DNA from: an uncultured Candidatus Rokubacteria bacterium
GTDB lineage: Bacteria > Methylomirabilota > Methylomirabilia > Rokubacteriales > DASRDR01
Length of the DNA stretch: 64,000 nt
Direction: 5' to 3'
Assembly: GCA_963805625.1 (NCBI GenBank)
Contig: CAWDVE010000010.1
Span: 2,080,001-2,144,000, forward strand
The translations under genes and the position numbers were made by a program. Numbering within the stretch: the stretch's first letter is position 1; every line of letters starts with the position of its first letter. Positions 8,892-19,758 of the stretch are shown in pieces. The notes under the pieces were generated by a model. The model had not been told where the DNA came from, did no database searches, and saw only the letters and a list, made by a program, of their open reading frames with translations.

Positions 8892-10309
8892 GGCTCGGGC
8901 CGACGAGCGTCGCGGGCGTAGCGGTCCTGCTGCTGGCCGCGCTCGGCTACTGGACGCTGTCCGCGCCCGTCGAGGCGGCGCTCGTCTGGGTCGCCCTCCT
9001 GGTCCTCGTGGCCGTGCCCGCGCTGTACGTGGTGCGCGGTCGGCTTTCGGGGCCATCAGCGAGCTGGCGGCGGTGCGCGCACGACCTCGGTCTCGCGTTC
9101 GACGCCGAGCAGGAGCGGATCAGCGGCACCCTCCACGGGCTCGCCGTCACCGCGGGCCTGACCGAGGGCATCGAGGGTCGCACGTGGACACGCATCACCG
9201 TGGACGGCCGCGGCGCGATCCCGCCGGGCTTCGTGATCGGTGCCCGCGAACCGACGGCGCCGGACCGTTCGGTCGTGACCGGAGACGCCCGGTTCGACGC
9301 CGAGGTGAACGTGCAGGGGGATGAGGGGGTCGTCTTGGCCTGCCTCGACGCGCCGACGCGCGCCTGCATCCGTCGGGTCGTCGCCCTGGGTACCGAGCTC
9401 CGCGATGGTCGGCTGCTCCTCGAGACCCCCGGCGATATGCGCGGACGGGGCCAGCTCCGACAGAGCCTCCAGGACATGGCCCATGTCGGAGCGGCATTCG
9501 CCGGGGACCCCGAGCGCGTCTCAGAGCGACTGGGCTACAACGCTCGGACCGATCCGGTGCCCGCGGTGCGCCTGCGGAGTCTCGCCGTCCTTCAGCGGCG
9601 GGACCCGGGCGATTCCGTGCCGCGCGAGGCGAGCCGTGCCGCGCTGAGCGACGCGGATCCGGCCGTCCGGCTCGCCGCGGCCTCGTTCCTGGGGGACGAG
9701 GGCATGACGGTGCTCGCGGAGATGGTCGAGAACGGGCGTGTCGACGGGGGCCTCCGCGTCGAGGCGTTCGTGCTCCTGGTCGGTCGCCTGCCGACGAGCG
9801 ATGCCCTGGGGTGGCTAGAGCGGATGGCCGCGCTCCTCGAGGGTGTGGACCGAGCGGCAGCGGGACGTCTGGTGGAGGCGGTGGCCCGGCCCGTGGAGAC
9901 CACGGCCGAGACGGTGCTGCTGAAGGTCGCGTCACGCGGGGCGCGGCCGCTGCGGGTCGCCGCGGCCGATCTGCTCGGACGCGTGGGCAGCACCCAGGCT
10001 GTCCGGCCGCTCCTCGCGTGCGCGGACGCCGAGTCGGGCGAGCCCGCGGTGCGGGACGCCGCGCGCCGCGCGGTCGCCGGGATCCGGGCGCGGCTGGGCG
10101 CCGCCGAGGCAGGCCATGTCTCGCTCGCGGTCCACGCGGACGCCGCCGGGGGCGTGAGCGCCGCCGATCAACCGGGTGGCTTGAGCCTGGCCACGCCCGC
10201 GCCGATCGGGGTCGAGGCGCCGCCAGAGGACGGCCTCTCTGGAGCCGAAGAGGCCGACGACTGGGATTCGCCGGTTCGGAAGGCCGAGTCACGCCCGAGG
10301 GTGCCGTGA
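8888..10309 (+). CDS. Membrane-anchored HEAT-repeat protein (paralog A)
   Basis: Two N-terminal TM segments. HEAT-like motifs DPVPAVRLRSL, DADPAVRLAAA, LRVAAADLLGRVG. GTGA overlap with the upstream gene. Confidence 0.8.
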   Translation: MRLGPTSVAGVAVLLLAALGYWTLSAPVEAALVWVALLVLVAVPALYVVRGRLSGPSASWRRCAHDLGLAFDAEQERISGTLHGLAVTAGLTEGIEGRTWTRITVDGRGAIPPGFVIGAREPTAPDRSVVTGDARFDAEVNVQGDEGVVLACLDAPTRACIRRVVALGTELRDGRLLLETPGDMRGRGQLRQSLQDMAHVGAAFAGDPERVSERLGYNARTDPVPAVRLRSLAVLQRRDPGDSVPREASRAALSDADPAVRLAAASFLGDEGMTVLAEMVENGRVDGGLRVEAFVLLVGRLPTSDALGWLERMAALLEGVDRAAAGRLVEAVARPVETTAETVLLKVASRGARPLRVAAADLLGRVGSTQAVRPLLACADAESGEPAVRDAARRAVAGIRARLGAAEAGHVSLAVHADAAGGVSAADQPGGLSLATPAPIGVEAPPEDGLSGAEEADDWDSPVRKAESRPRVP

Positions 10310-10379
10310 CCAGGACCCGGCTCCGGAGGCCGGAGCTGCACGAACTTGGCAGCACCATGCGCTCCCGCGGGAGGTCACC

Positions 10380-13300
10380 GTGGAGACCCTGATCCTGGTT
10401 CTCATTCTCCTGGGCATCGCCATGCTAGTCGGACATAAGACCTCAAGCCTCCGCCGCCAGTCCGGGACGGATCAGTCCGACCGTGAGGCGGAGCAGGCCG
10501 GGGGTGACGAGCGGGGCGTATTGACGCGGGATCTTTCGGAGCTGGAGACGGCGGAGCGTCAGCTCGTCCGCCTCCAGGACGCCGGGCTCCTTCCCGCGGA
10601 CATCGTGCAGCGCGTCCGCGCGGCCATCGAACAGCGCCGGCGTCAGCTCCGGGAGACGCCCTCCGACGAGGTGGCCGCTCGGCCGGCCCCCGCCGCCATG
10701 TCCTCGCCGCCGCCCGCTCCGGCCCCGAAGCCGCCTCCGCCACCACCCGTCTGGAAGCGGCTCGAGACCCTGCTCGCGGCGTGCGCGACCGAGCAGGCGG
10801 TGCGACGACTTTCCGAGCGAGACCAGCAGCGCGCTCTGAGCTGGCACGGCCTCTGCGGGTCCAACGAGCTGGCCATGTTGAGCCACCCGGCCCAGCTGGC
10901 GTTAGCCCGGCTCCTCAGCCAGTCGAATCAGGCCGAGAGGGCGCTGGCCGTCTACCGGCGCCTTCTCGCGGGTGGTGTCATGGACCCGGGGACCGCGGGC
11001 ATCGCGATGGAGGCTGGTCGTCTTGCAGCGAGCGAGGGGCGGAACACAGATGCGGTGGAGCTTCTCCGGCGGGCCTTGCGCGGCGATCCCATTCCTGACG
11101 TGCGTCGCGAGGCCGAGGCGCTCCTCTATACACTTGAGGGCCCCGCGCCCGCCCCGGCGCCACCCGCCCCGCCGCCGGCGCCCGCTCCGGCCGTCAGGGT
11201 GGGGCCGCCCGCCGAGAGCCCCGCATCGTCCGAGATCCCGACCGTGGCGCCGCCCGCTCGCGTGCCGGCGCAGCCCGCGTCCTCCCCGGTCGCGCGACCG
11301 CGTCCAGCCGTTCCGGCCCCGGTGGCTCCGAGTGTAGCGCGCCCGGCCCGGCCCCGCTTTACCCCGCCGCGTGTGCAGCGGCCGCAGCGGTCATTCCGGG
11401 AGCTCCTGGCGATGCTGATGGAAGAGCCCTACATCTTCTGGGGCGAGTTCGCCGCGGGCCTCCTCATCGTCGGGTTCGCGACCGGCCTGGCGATCAATGT
11501 CCGCAACACGCTGGGCGAGCACGTCCCGTACTTTCCGTTCGTGGTCCTGGCGGGCATCACCGCCTCGGCGTTCGGGCTGGGTCGGTTGAGCCTCGGACGC
11601 TGGGGTCTCGAGGCGACCGGGCACGGGCTCCTCGTGATCGGTCTCCTCCTGGTGCCGCTGAACTTCCTGGTGCTCACCGCGCTCTTCCCGAGCCGCTGGG
11701 GCGTCCCCGTGGACGCGGCCGCCGCCGCCGTCGCCATCGGCGTGCTCGGGTGGCTGTCCGCGCGCGCCGTGGGGCGGCTCGTGGCCGAGCGGTGGCCGGC
11801 GGTCACGCTCGCCCTCGTTGGCGGGTCGGCCGGCCAGCTCCCGGCACCGTGGCTCCTGGACGCCGACGCGTCGGTCTGGTGGTACTCCGTCGTCGGCGCG
11901 TTGCCGCTCGCCTGCTATCTGGCGGGGGCCGCTCGGTTCCTCCCCTCCTCGCTCCTCGGCGGTCCGAGCCGCGAACCGCTGGGGCCGGCGCGCGTGCGGA
12001 CGATCCTCGGGTTCCTGGCCGCGAGCGCCTTCGCGCTGGTCGTCGGGCTCGGATCGATCGTGGCGCGGGGCAACATCGCGCGGGCGATGGAAGGCGTGGC
12101 GCCGCTCGTCGCGCTCGCCGCGCTTCCACTGTTGCTCGGCGGCCTCGTCGTGCACCGGGGCCTGGCCGACTCGCGGGACCTCGCGGCGTGGCGAACCATC
12201 GGGACGGCCACGATGCTCTCGGCCATCGGGATGATGGTCATCGCCCTGGGCCTCGCCTGGCCCGCGCCCGCCTCGGTGGTCGCGACGGCAGCCGTGAACT
12301 TCACGGTGCTCACGCTCGTGGCCGTGCGCGGAGGCCTGCCGCTGGCACACGCCGCGGCCCTGCCCTGCGGGGCCTTGGCCTCTCTGATGGCCTGGCACTG
12401 GGTGCGCGGCCACCTCGCGGTCCCGCCCGAGGCGCTGGGCGGGGCAGTCCTGGGCGCGCTGGTGTCCGCCGAGAGCGGAACCGTCCTCTTCGGCTTGTTC
12501 CTGGTGATGAGCCTCGTCGCGGAACGGGGGTTCGGCGACCGCCATTCCGATGACCGCCGCTGGTACGACGGCGCCGCGCTGGCCGCCGCGCTCGCGAGCC
12601 TGCTGCTCGTCACCGTGCGAGGCGCAAGCGGTCCCGGACACGCGGCCCTCGTCTACGCGGGCACCGGGGCTCGCGTCCTCGACCTCGCCCGATCCTGGCG
12701 CCGCCGCGACGCCGGTCTCGCGGGCCTCGTCCTGCTCGGTGCGTCGACGCTCTGGGCGCTTCGATGGGGGACGGGGGCTCTCACGAGCTGGTGGGGCACA
12801 GCCGTCGCCGTGGAAGCGCTCCTGATGGGGTGGGCGGCGGTCGAGCTGAGCCGGCCCTCTGACGGCGAGCGGGGCGTGAGCACGTGGCGGCGTGCGCTGG
12901 CGGAGGTGTATGCGTCGCCGCTTCGCTGGTGCGCCTTCGGCTTGAGCGCTGTCGCGGCGGCGCTCGCTGTGGCGGCCGGCAGTGCCGCTTCCGACGGGGG
13001 GTGGTCCCTGGCGCATGTCGTCACCGGTGCCGCGCTGGTTGGCCTCTATATCCGGCTCGCGTTGGCGACCGTGGACCTCCTTGTTGCCCGCGTCGCGGGG
13101 GCGCTCGCCATCGGAACCGTCGTCGCCGCAGCGGGGTGGATCGCGGGCCTCGTGGGCGTCCCGGTCCAGGCCTCCGTGGCGCTGGGGGTCGCCGTGGCAG
13201 GACTGATCCTGCTCGGGGGGGCGCGGCTCGCCGGAGTTGAAGGGACAAGCCGCGGGTCGGCGGCGGCCCCAGTGATGCCGATCATGCCAACCATCGGGGA

Positions 13301-16300
13301 GACGGCGGAAGCCGCCTCGCTGCTTGCGTTGCTCCTCACCGTCTCGGCGCCCACGCTCGGGATCTCCTGGCTCCACCCGGCCACCGGCCTGGCGCTGACG
13401 GCGACCGCCTTCCTCCTCGCGCGGACGCGAGGGAGCCTGCTGACCGGCGCGGGCTCCGCGCTCGGGCTTGGCACGATCGTCCACGTGCTAGCGCTTCAGC
13501 TGGGGGACCGAGTCGTCCCCCAATCGTGGTGCGCCGCCTTGCTGACGCACGCGACGCTGTCCGTCGCCGCCGTCCTGGCGGTCCGGAGGACACGCGGCCC
13601 GGAGCATGAGGACGAGCTCGCCGCGCCCCTCCGCGCCGGGGCGGTGGTGACCTCGGCCCTCGCCGCGCTGCTGGCGTTCGGCGGCACCTGGAGCGCGACC
13701 GTCTACTTGCTGTGGCTCGCGGCGGTGTGGCTGGCCCTCGCGTGATGGAGTACTGGCCGTTGGCGTTCACCGGCTTTCAGGCCGCTCTGACGGCGGCCGT
13801 GTTCCGAGGGGTCGCTGCGTGGCTCGGAAGTCCGGTCGTGTTCGATCCGGTCGCGGACGTCCTCGCACCAGGCCGTTTCCCCGCCTACGTGATCGCGCTC
13901 GGGACGCTGAGTCTCGGGTGGGCCGCGCTGCGGATCCCGTTCGCACGCAGGGGGCGCATGCCCGGTCTCCTGGATCCCGGGTGGCCCCGTGTCGACCGGG
14001 TCGTGCTGGCGGCGCTGGTGGTCGGCCAGCTCGTGGTGGCGCTGGTTGCGGTCTCGGCGGGCGTGGACGCTGAGCTGATGCCTGGCGGGCGATCCGGCGT
14101 GGCACCCGGCGGGGCGGCCGGGGCGGCGCTCCTCGTCGTGACGCTCGCGCTCCTCGCCGCGCTCTGGGAACGATGGCGCGCCGCGGACGTGGCGGGGGCG
14201 CTGGTCCTCGGGCTGACGGGCGCCCTGCTCGCCGCCGGCCGTCACGCGCCGGATCTCGCGGCCGCGTCCGCGCTCCGCTGGAGCCTGGCGCTGTTCGTCC
14301 TGGCGGTCTCCGTTCTCGTGTGGCTGCGCGGGCCGCTCGGTCGGCTCGCGCACGGTGTGGGCGCGCGGATCGAGGAGGGCCATCCCGACCGCCTCGCCTG
14401 GCTCGCCCGGAGCTTCCTCCTGTGGGCCGGGGTCGTGCCGACGATTGCCCTCACGGCCTGGGCCGCGCTGTCGAGCGTCGCCGTCGGGCGCCCGGCGGGC
14501 CCGGCCCCGGGATCGTTCTTCGCCGCCATCGGGCCGACCGTGAGCGGTCTCGCCCCGCTCGCCGTGCTCGTGGTGGCCCTGGTCGGCCATGCGCTGCGGG
14601 AGCGTGCGCCGCGCTATGCGTTCGGGGCGGGGCTGGTCGCGAACCTGGCCGTCACCGGCGGCTACGCGCTGGACGTCACCCTCCGCGGTCAGGCGTTCGA
14701 CGCGGCGGTGTCGCTCTACCTCCTCCAGCTCGCCGCCGGGGTCGCCGCCACGTGGGCCTTGTTGTGGACGGGCGGGCGTGCCTGGCTGACGACCGACCGT
14801 GACGTGGCCGTCCCCACGCTCCTGGGTGTCCAGGTGGCGCTTCCGGTGATGATCCAGACCGCGGTCCTGGCGTGGACCGCTGCCCTCGCGGGGCTCCACC
14901 CTGCAGGGGCGTCGACGGTCACCTACCTCGGCAGCGTGTCGACGCCCACCGCGTGGGTCGTGCTCGGACTGACGATGGCCGCGACGGCCTGGTTCTGCCG
15001 GGTGACCAAAGAGCGCCACGCCATCGATCTCCTGTGTCTCGCCGGCCTCGGAGTCCCCGTCGTGGCCGCCGGCATGGCCGCGCCTCAGGGCGACTGGTGG
15101 GCCTTTCGAGTCCTGATGCTCGGGTGGGCGGGCTACACGCCGCTCGTGGCGGCTCTGACCTGGGCCGCCGCTGCCCGGAGCGCGCGCGCGGCAGAGACCG
15201 GGGAGCTGGCCCGGGTGGCCGAGACGTGGGTGCGCGTGGCAGGTGTGCTGGCGGGCGTGCTGGCTCTCCGCGCGACGCTGGACGGCGGGCAACACGCGTG
15301 GGCCGCCGTGGCGATCGTCATCGCGGGGTCGGGGAGCGCGCTGCTCGGCGTGTGGTGGCGGGCGCAGGGCTGGGCGTTCGCCGCGGCGCTGGCCGGCAAT
15401 CTGGCCGCGTCGCTGCTCGTGTGGCACGTCTTCGTCGGCCGGCCCCTGGGCTCGTGGTGGGTCGAGCTGGTGCAGGCCAACGTGGTCGCATGCTCGGGCC
15501 TTGCCCTAGTGTGGTTCAGCATCCGCGCCGTGCTGGCGCGCCGGGGAGCGCTGCGGCCGCTCCGGGGAGGACCCCTCGAGCTGCTCGTCGGGCTCGGTGT
15601 CGCGGGCCAAACCCTCCTCGTGGCATGGGCGGTCGTGCAACTCCTCGACGTCACCGGCATGCTGGGCGGACTGGGCCGCGCGGGGAGCCTGCTCGGCTGG
15701 GCGGCGTGGTCGATCTCCGTGGTCGCGGCACTCCGCTATGCGCGCGAGGCGCGCCGTGGCGACGCGGTCGCCGCCGCGGCTGCGATGGGGATCTCCCTCG
15801 GGGCGATGGTTGCGGCGACGGTAGCCCGGTTGGATCCCGCGGGGGACGCCGCCCACCACGTGGTCACCCTGCTGTGGACGGCGGTCGGCCTCCTGCTGCT
15901 GATGCCTGGCTGGCCCGCTCGCGTCGGTTCCCTCGTCGGCCTGCCGGCGCCCGTGCCTCCGAGCGAGCGGGCGGCGCTCCGTGCGGGCAGCGGGACGATC
16001 GCCGCGCTCCTGGTGGCACTCGCGTGGCGCGCCGCGGTGCAAGGGGGAGATAACGGGCTCTGGTCGGTGGCGGCCGCGGTTGCCGCGAGCGTGGTGGTGG
16101 GCGCGCTGGCGGTCCGCATTGGCTCGGTGATCGCGACCTACGTGTCCGGGCTGCTCCTCGCGCTCGCGGGAGCGCTCGCGTGGTGGGCACAGCCTCCTCT
16201 CACGCCGGCGGGGTTCATCTACGCTCAGGTCTTCTCGCTGAGCCTCGGCTCCAGCGTCTGGTCGGGTATCGCGGCGGCCCGCCGCGGGCGAAGGGACGCC

Positions 16301-18232
16301 ATGGACGATGGTACGCCCGCCGGCTTTCCGTCCGTCGCGGCGGTCGCCGCGCTGGGGATGCTTGCCATGGTGACCACCGCGGCCCTCGGCGCCGCCCTGA
16401 CCGTGTCACCGTCCCTCGCTGGCCAGAGTGCGCTGCTCGGCTGGACAGCTGTGGTGGCCGCGGGCATCGCGCTCGCCCTCGGCGCCTGGGAGCCCGGAGC
16501 GCGCGCGGTGCAGCTGGGCCTGTACGCGTGGGGGCTCGTCGCGATCGGTCTCGGGCTTTCGGCGCGTGCACCGGCGTCGTCGGCCACCGCGGGTTCCGGC
16601 GTCGTCGTGGCCGGACTCGGCGCGTCCCTGCCGGCCAGCTTCGCGGGTCCCCTCGTCCACGACGGAGTCCTGGCGCTGGCCGGCTACGTCCTGCTGGTGG
16701 CGGCCGCCTGGCGGCTTGCCCCGCGGTTCGGCTCCGCGCGTCGGGCGCTGGGACTCCCGGCCCCCGCCGAGGGGTGGGCCGAGACGTGGCAGCCTGCCGC
16801 TCAGAGAATCGTCGGCGGCGTGGCCGTCGTCCTGAGCGTATGGGTCGCCCTCATGCTGCCCCGAGGCGTCGACCGGCTCGCGGCGCCGCTGGCCGCGGCT
16901 GCGCTGGTCGGCGCCGCCGTCCTCGCAGCCGGCCGTTTGGCTGCCCCGGGGCGCGTGGGAGCCCAGGACCTGACGCTGGCGCTCGCGGTGCTGGCGCTGG
17001 CCGAGCTCGGATGGGCGGCGCTCGATCCGGCCGCGCGGACGGCGTGGCTCGATCGGGGGGCCGTGCTCGTCGGCGCTGTGTCGCTCGGCGCGCTGGCGTA
17101 TGGCCTGCTGGCCCGCGCCCCGAGGGACGCCGCCCTGGGCTGGGAGACCCGCGCGCGCCGCTTCGGTCCGCGCCTCGGCACCCTGGCCGTGGCGCTCGCG
17201 GCGGGCGTCGTGAGCCAGGAGATGATGGCGTTCACGCCCGGGACCGCGGCGGCCATGAGCCTGTCCGGGATCGCGGCGATGGCCGGTGGCTTGGCCGCGC
17301 TGGCCGTAGCGCTCATCTTGTTCGCGGTTGCCCACGGTCCCGACACCTTCGGGCTCGAAGGGCGGTCCCGCACCGTGTACGTGTACGCGGCCGAGGCCAT
17401 CGTCCTGATGACGTTCCTCCATATCCGGCTTGCGTTGCCCGAGCTCTTCGTCTCCGGCCTGATCGCCCGGCACTGGATGTGGGCCACCCTCGGGCTCGCC
17501 TACATCGCGACGGGGCTCGGCGAGATCGTGACGCGGCGCGGCTCGCGGATCGTCGGCGAGGCCCTGGATCGGACCGCGCTCGTGCTCCCGCTCCTGCCGG
17601 ACGTCGCGTTCTGGCTCTTGCCGGATCGGAACTACGTCGCCTACGCCGGGATCTGGCTGCTGCAGGCGGCCCTCTACGGCGGCCTCGCCGCGGCGCGCGA
17701 CTCGAGGGGCCTCGCGATGCTGGGCGCCTCCGCCGCGAACGTCGGCGTGTGGGTCATCCTCGGCCATCACGGGGTCGAGTTCCTGCGGCATCCGCAGATG
17801 TGGCTGATCCCCCTCGCCGTCAACGTCCTGCTGGCCGGCCATCTGAACCGCGACCGGCTGGGGCGGCCGCAGCGGGCAGCGCTCAACTATGCGGGTCTGA
17901 GCCTCTTGTACCTGTCGTCGGCCGCGGATCTGTTCATCACCGGCCTCGGCAACTCGACGGTCCTGCCGCTCGCGCTAGCTGCCTTGTCGATGCTGGGCAT
18001 CGTGGTGGGGATCGTCCTGCGCGTCCGCGCGTTCCTCTTCCAGGGCATGACGTTCCTTGCCTTCGTCGTGGTCACGATGATCGTGCACGCGGTCTGGGCT
18101 CGCGAGCAGCAGTGGCTCATGTGGGTGTCGGGCATCGGGCTCGGGGCGGCCGCCTTCACCGTGTTCGCGGTCTTCAGGAAGTACCGGGAGGAAGTGCTCC
18201 GGCTCTACGAGGAGGTCCAGAGCTGGAGCTGA
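10380..18232 (+). CDS. Giant polytopic membrane protein (about 2617 aa if the break at 13743 is a 1-nt deletion; otherwise two coupled ORFs, 10380-13745 and 13745-18232)
   Basis: N-terminal TM, TPR-like helical region and Pro-rich linker, then WGEFAAGLLIVG and dozens of hydrophobic helices ending HPQMWLIP..LRVRAFLF. Junction gcgTGATGgag. One added G gives the continuous WLALAVMEYWPLAF. Confidence 0.8.
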
Positions 18233-18324
18233 CGCGGCGTGGCAGGCTGTACCGGGCGGAAGGCTGGCCCGGAGTGAGGGCGCGGGGGTTAGAACGCTCG
18301 GCCTAAGACGGAGGCAGCCCGACA

Positions 18325-18693
18325 ATGGTAGCCTCGGCCAACTTCATCGACGCGTTGTTCGACTTTTTGGACGAATTTTTCGACGAGCTCCGGGACTGGC
18401 AGAAGGCCACGCCACATTGGCAGCGTGCCGCGCGCCGCGCTGCTGCGCGGCTTGGGTTCCGCGTCTCGACAGACGGAGAGGCGATCAGCGGGGGGGTCAG
18501 AGGGTTTCAGGTGACGCTCCGTCGTGTAGGGAGCGTTGTCAACCGACCTGATGCGCATAGGCTCATCATCACAGTGGATGGCGGGGGCGCGATTCCCCGG
18601 GACCTCGCTCTCGGGACCGAAAGCGGGGATCCCGAGTTCTTCAGTGGGATGAGTGGCGTGCCCACGGACACCGACGGGGGTGCCGACACCTGA
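18325..18693 (+). CDS. Short paralog (B) of the N-terminal soluble domain of the HEAT-repeat proteins, possibly truncated
   Basis: WQRAA..ARLGF..ISGGVRGFQVT..ITVDGGGAIP aligns with WRRCAHDLGL..ISGTLHGLAVT..ITVDGRGAIP of 8888-10309. SD ggagg upstream. Confidence 0.6.
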   Translation: MVASANFIDALFDFLDEFFDELRDWQKATPHWQRAARRAAARLGFRVSTDGEAISGGVRGFQVTLRRVGSVVNRPDAHRLIITVDGGGAIPRDLALGTESGDPEFFSGMSGVPTDTDGGADT

Positions 18694-18950
18694 TCTGGCG
18701 TCGGGCTGTCGGGCGTCACCCTGGAGCTGCAGCCGACGCCCGCCTGAGGGTTCGCACTGGAGCAAGCCTGACCGAGGCCTACCCGGGTGGCTCAGAGGAC
18801 GGGGCGGAGGCCCTCGGGAGAGTTCGCCAGTGCGGCGGCGGTTGGGGGGTAGAATCGGGCCCGGCTGGGATGGGGTGAGATTCCCGCGAGGCAGGGTCCG
18901 ACGGCGGCCAGGGGCCCGGAGGTGCACGGGCCCGGGCGGAGGGAGGCGCG

Positions 18951-19724
18951 ATGCTGCTCAGACGCATCTCGAACCTGATCCGAGGGTTCCTCACCCTGTT
19001 CGTCTCGGGGGTCGAGAAGCACAGCCCCGAGGCGCTGCTGGAGATCGAGAAGGAGAACCTCCGCAAGCAGATCGCGCGGTACAACAACGGTCTTGCCTCG
19101 CACGCCGGCCTCTGCGAGGGGCTCATGACGCGGATCGGGAAGCTCGAGGCCGAGGATCGGGACCTGCGGGCCCGGACCACCGTCAACCTGAAGGCGGGGA
19201 ACCGCGACGCGGCCGGGCAGTACGCGCTCAGGCTCCAGACGATCGCGCGGGAGCTGGAGGAGAGCCGGCGGCAGCTGGAGCAGGCCGAGCAGACGTACCG
19301 CAACCTCCTCGAAGCGCGCGATGTGGCGGTGGCGGCTGCTCGCGCGAAGGTCGAGGCGCTCAAGCAATCCATCAGCGACCTCAAGGTCAAGCGCGCGCTG
19401 GCAGAGCTGAGCGAGATGGCGAGCGGCATGGTCACCTCGATGGGGAGCGCGAGCGACACGCTCGATCGGCTGCACACGATGGTCGAGGACGAGCGTCAGA
19501 AGGCGGCCGGGCGTGTGCGGGTCGCGCGGGACACACTCAGCATGGCAGACGTCCACCTGAAGGAGGCCGAGCAGCGGGCGCTGGCCGAGCAGGCCCTGGC
19601 CGACTTCGCGGCGCGCGAGGGGATCGCGCTGCCGGCGGCCTCACCGGCGGCGGCCTCGCCGGCGGCGCCCGCGAAGACGATGGGGCCGGCACCCACGCGC
19701 GAGGCGCCCCAGACCCAGGGGTGA
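18951..19724 (+). CDS. PspA/IM30 (Vipp1, ESCRT-III superfamily) protein
   Basis: Amphipathic N-terminus MLLRRISNLIRGFL, xPEALLE hinge, long coiled coils, LKAGNRDAA, DTLDRLHTMVEDER. SD ggagggagg. Confidence 0.88.
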   Translation: MLLRRISNLIRGFLTLFVSGVEKHSPEALLEIEKENLRKQIARYNNGLASHAGLCEGLMTRIGKLEAEDRDLRARTTVNLKAGNRDAAGQYALRLQTIARELEESRRQLEQAEQTYRNLLEARDVAVAAARAKVEALKQSISDLKVKRALAELSEMASGMVTSMGSASDTLDRLHTMVEDERQKAAGRVRVARDTLSMADVHLKEAEQRALAEQALADFAAREGIALPAASPAAASPAAPAKTMGPAPTREAPQTQG

Positions 19725-19758
19725 GCCCGGACGATCATCACCACGATCGGATGACCCC

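Noticed and set aside
10680-11380. Repetitive ccg/gcc tracts as DNA repeats
   Set aside because: They encode Pro/Ala-rich linkers of the giant membrane protein.
11391-18306. Long antisense and alternate-frame ORFs (e.g. 11391-13484, 16180-18306; also 19738-21729, 23182-25074, 38443-39951)
   Set aside because: Shadow ORFs expected at about 70% GC, with low-complexity R/G/P/A composition and no motifs.
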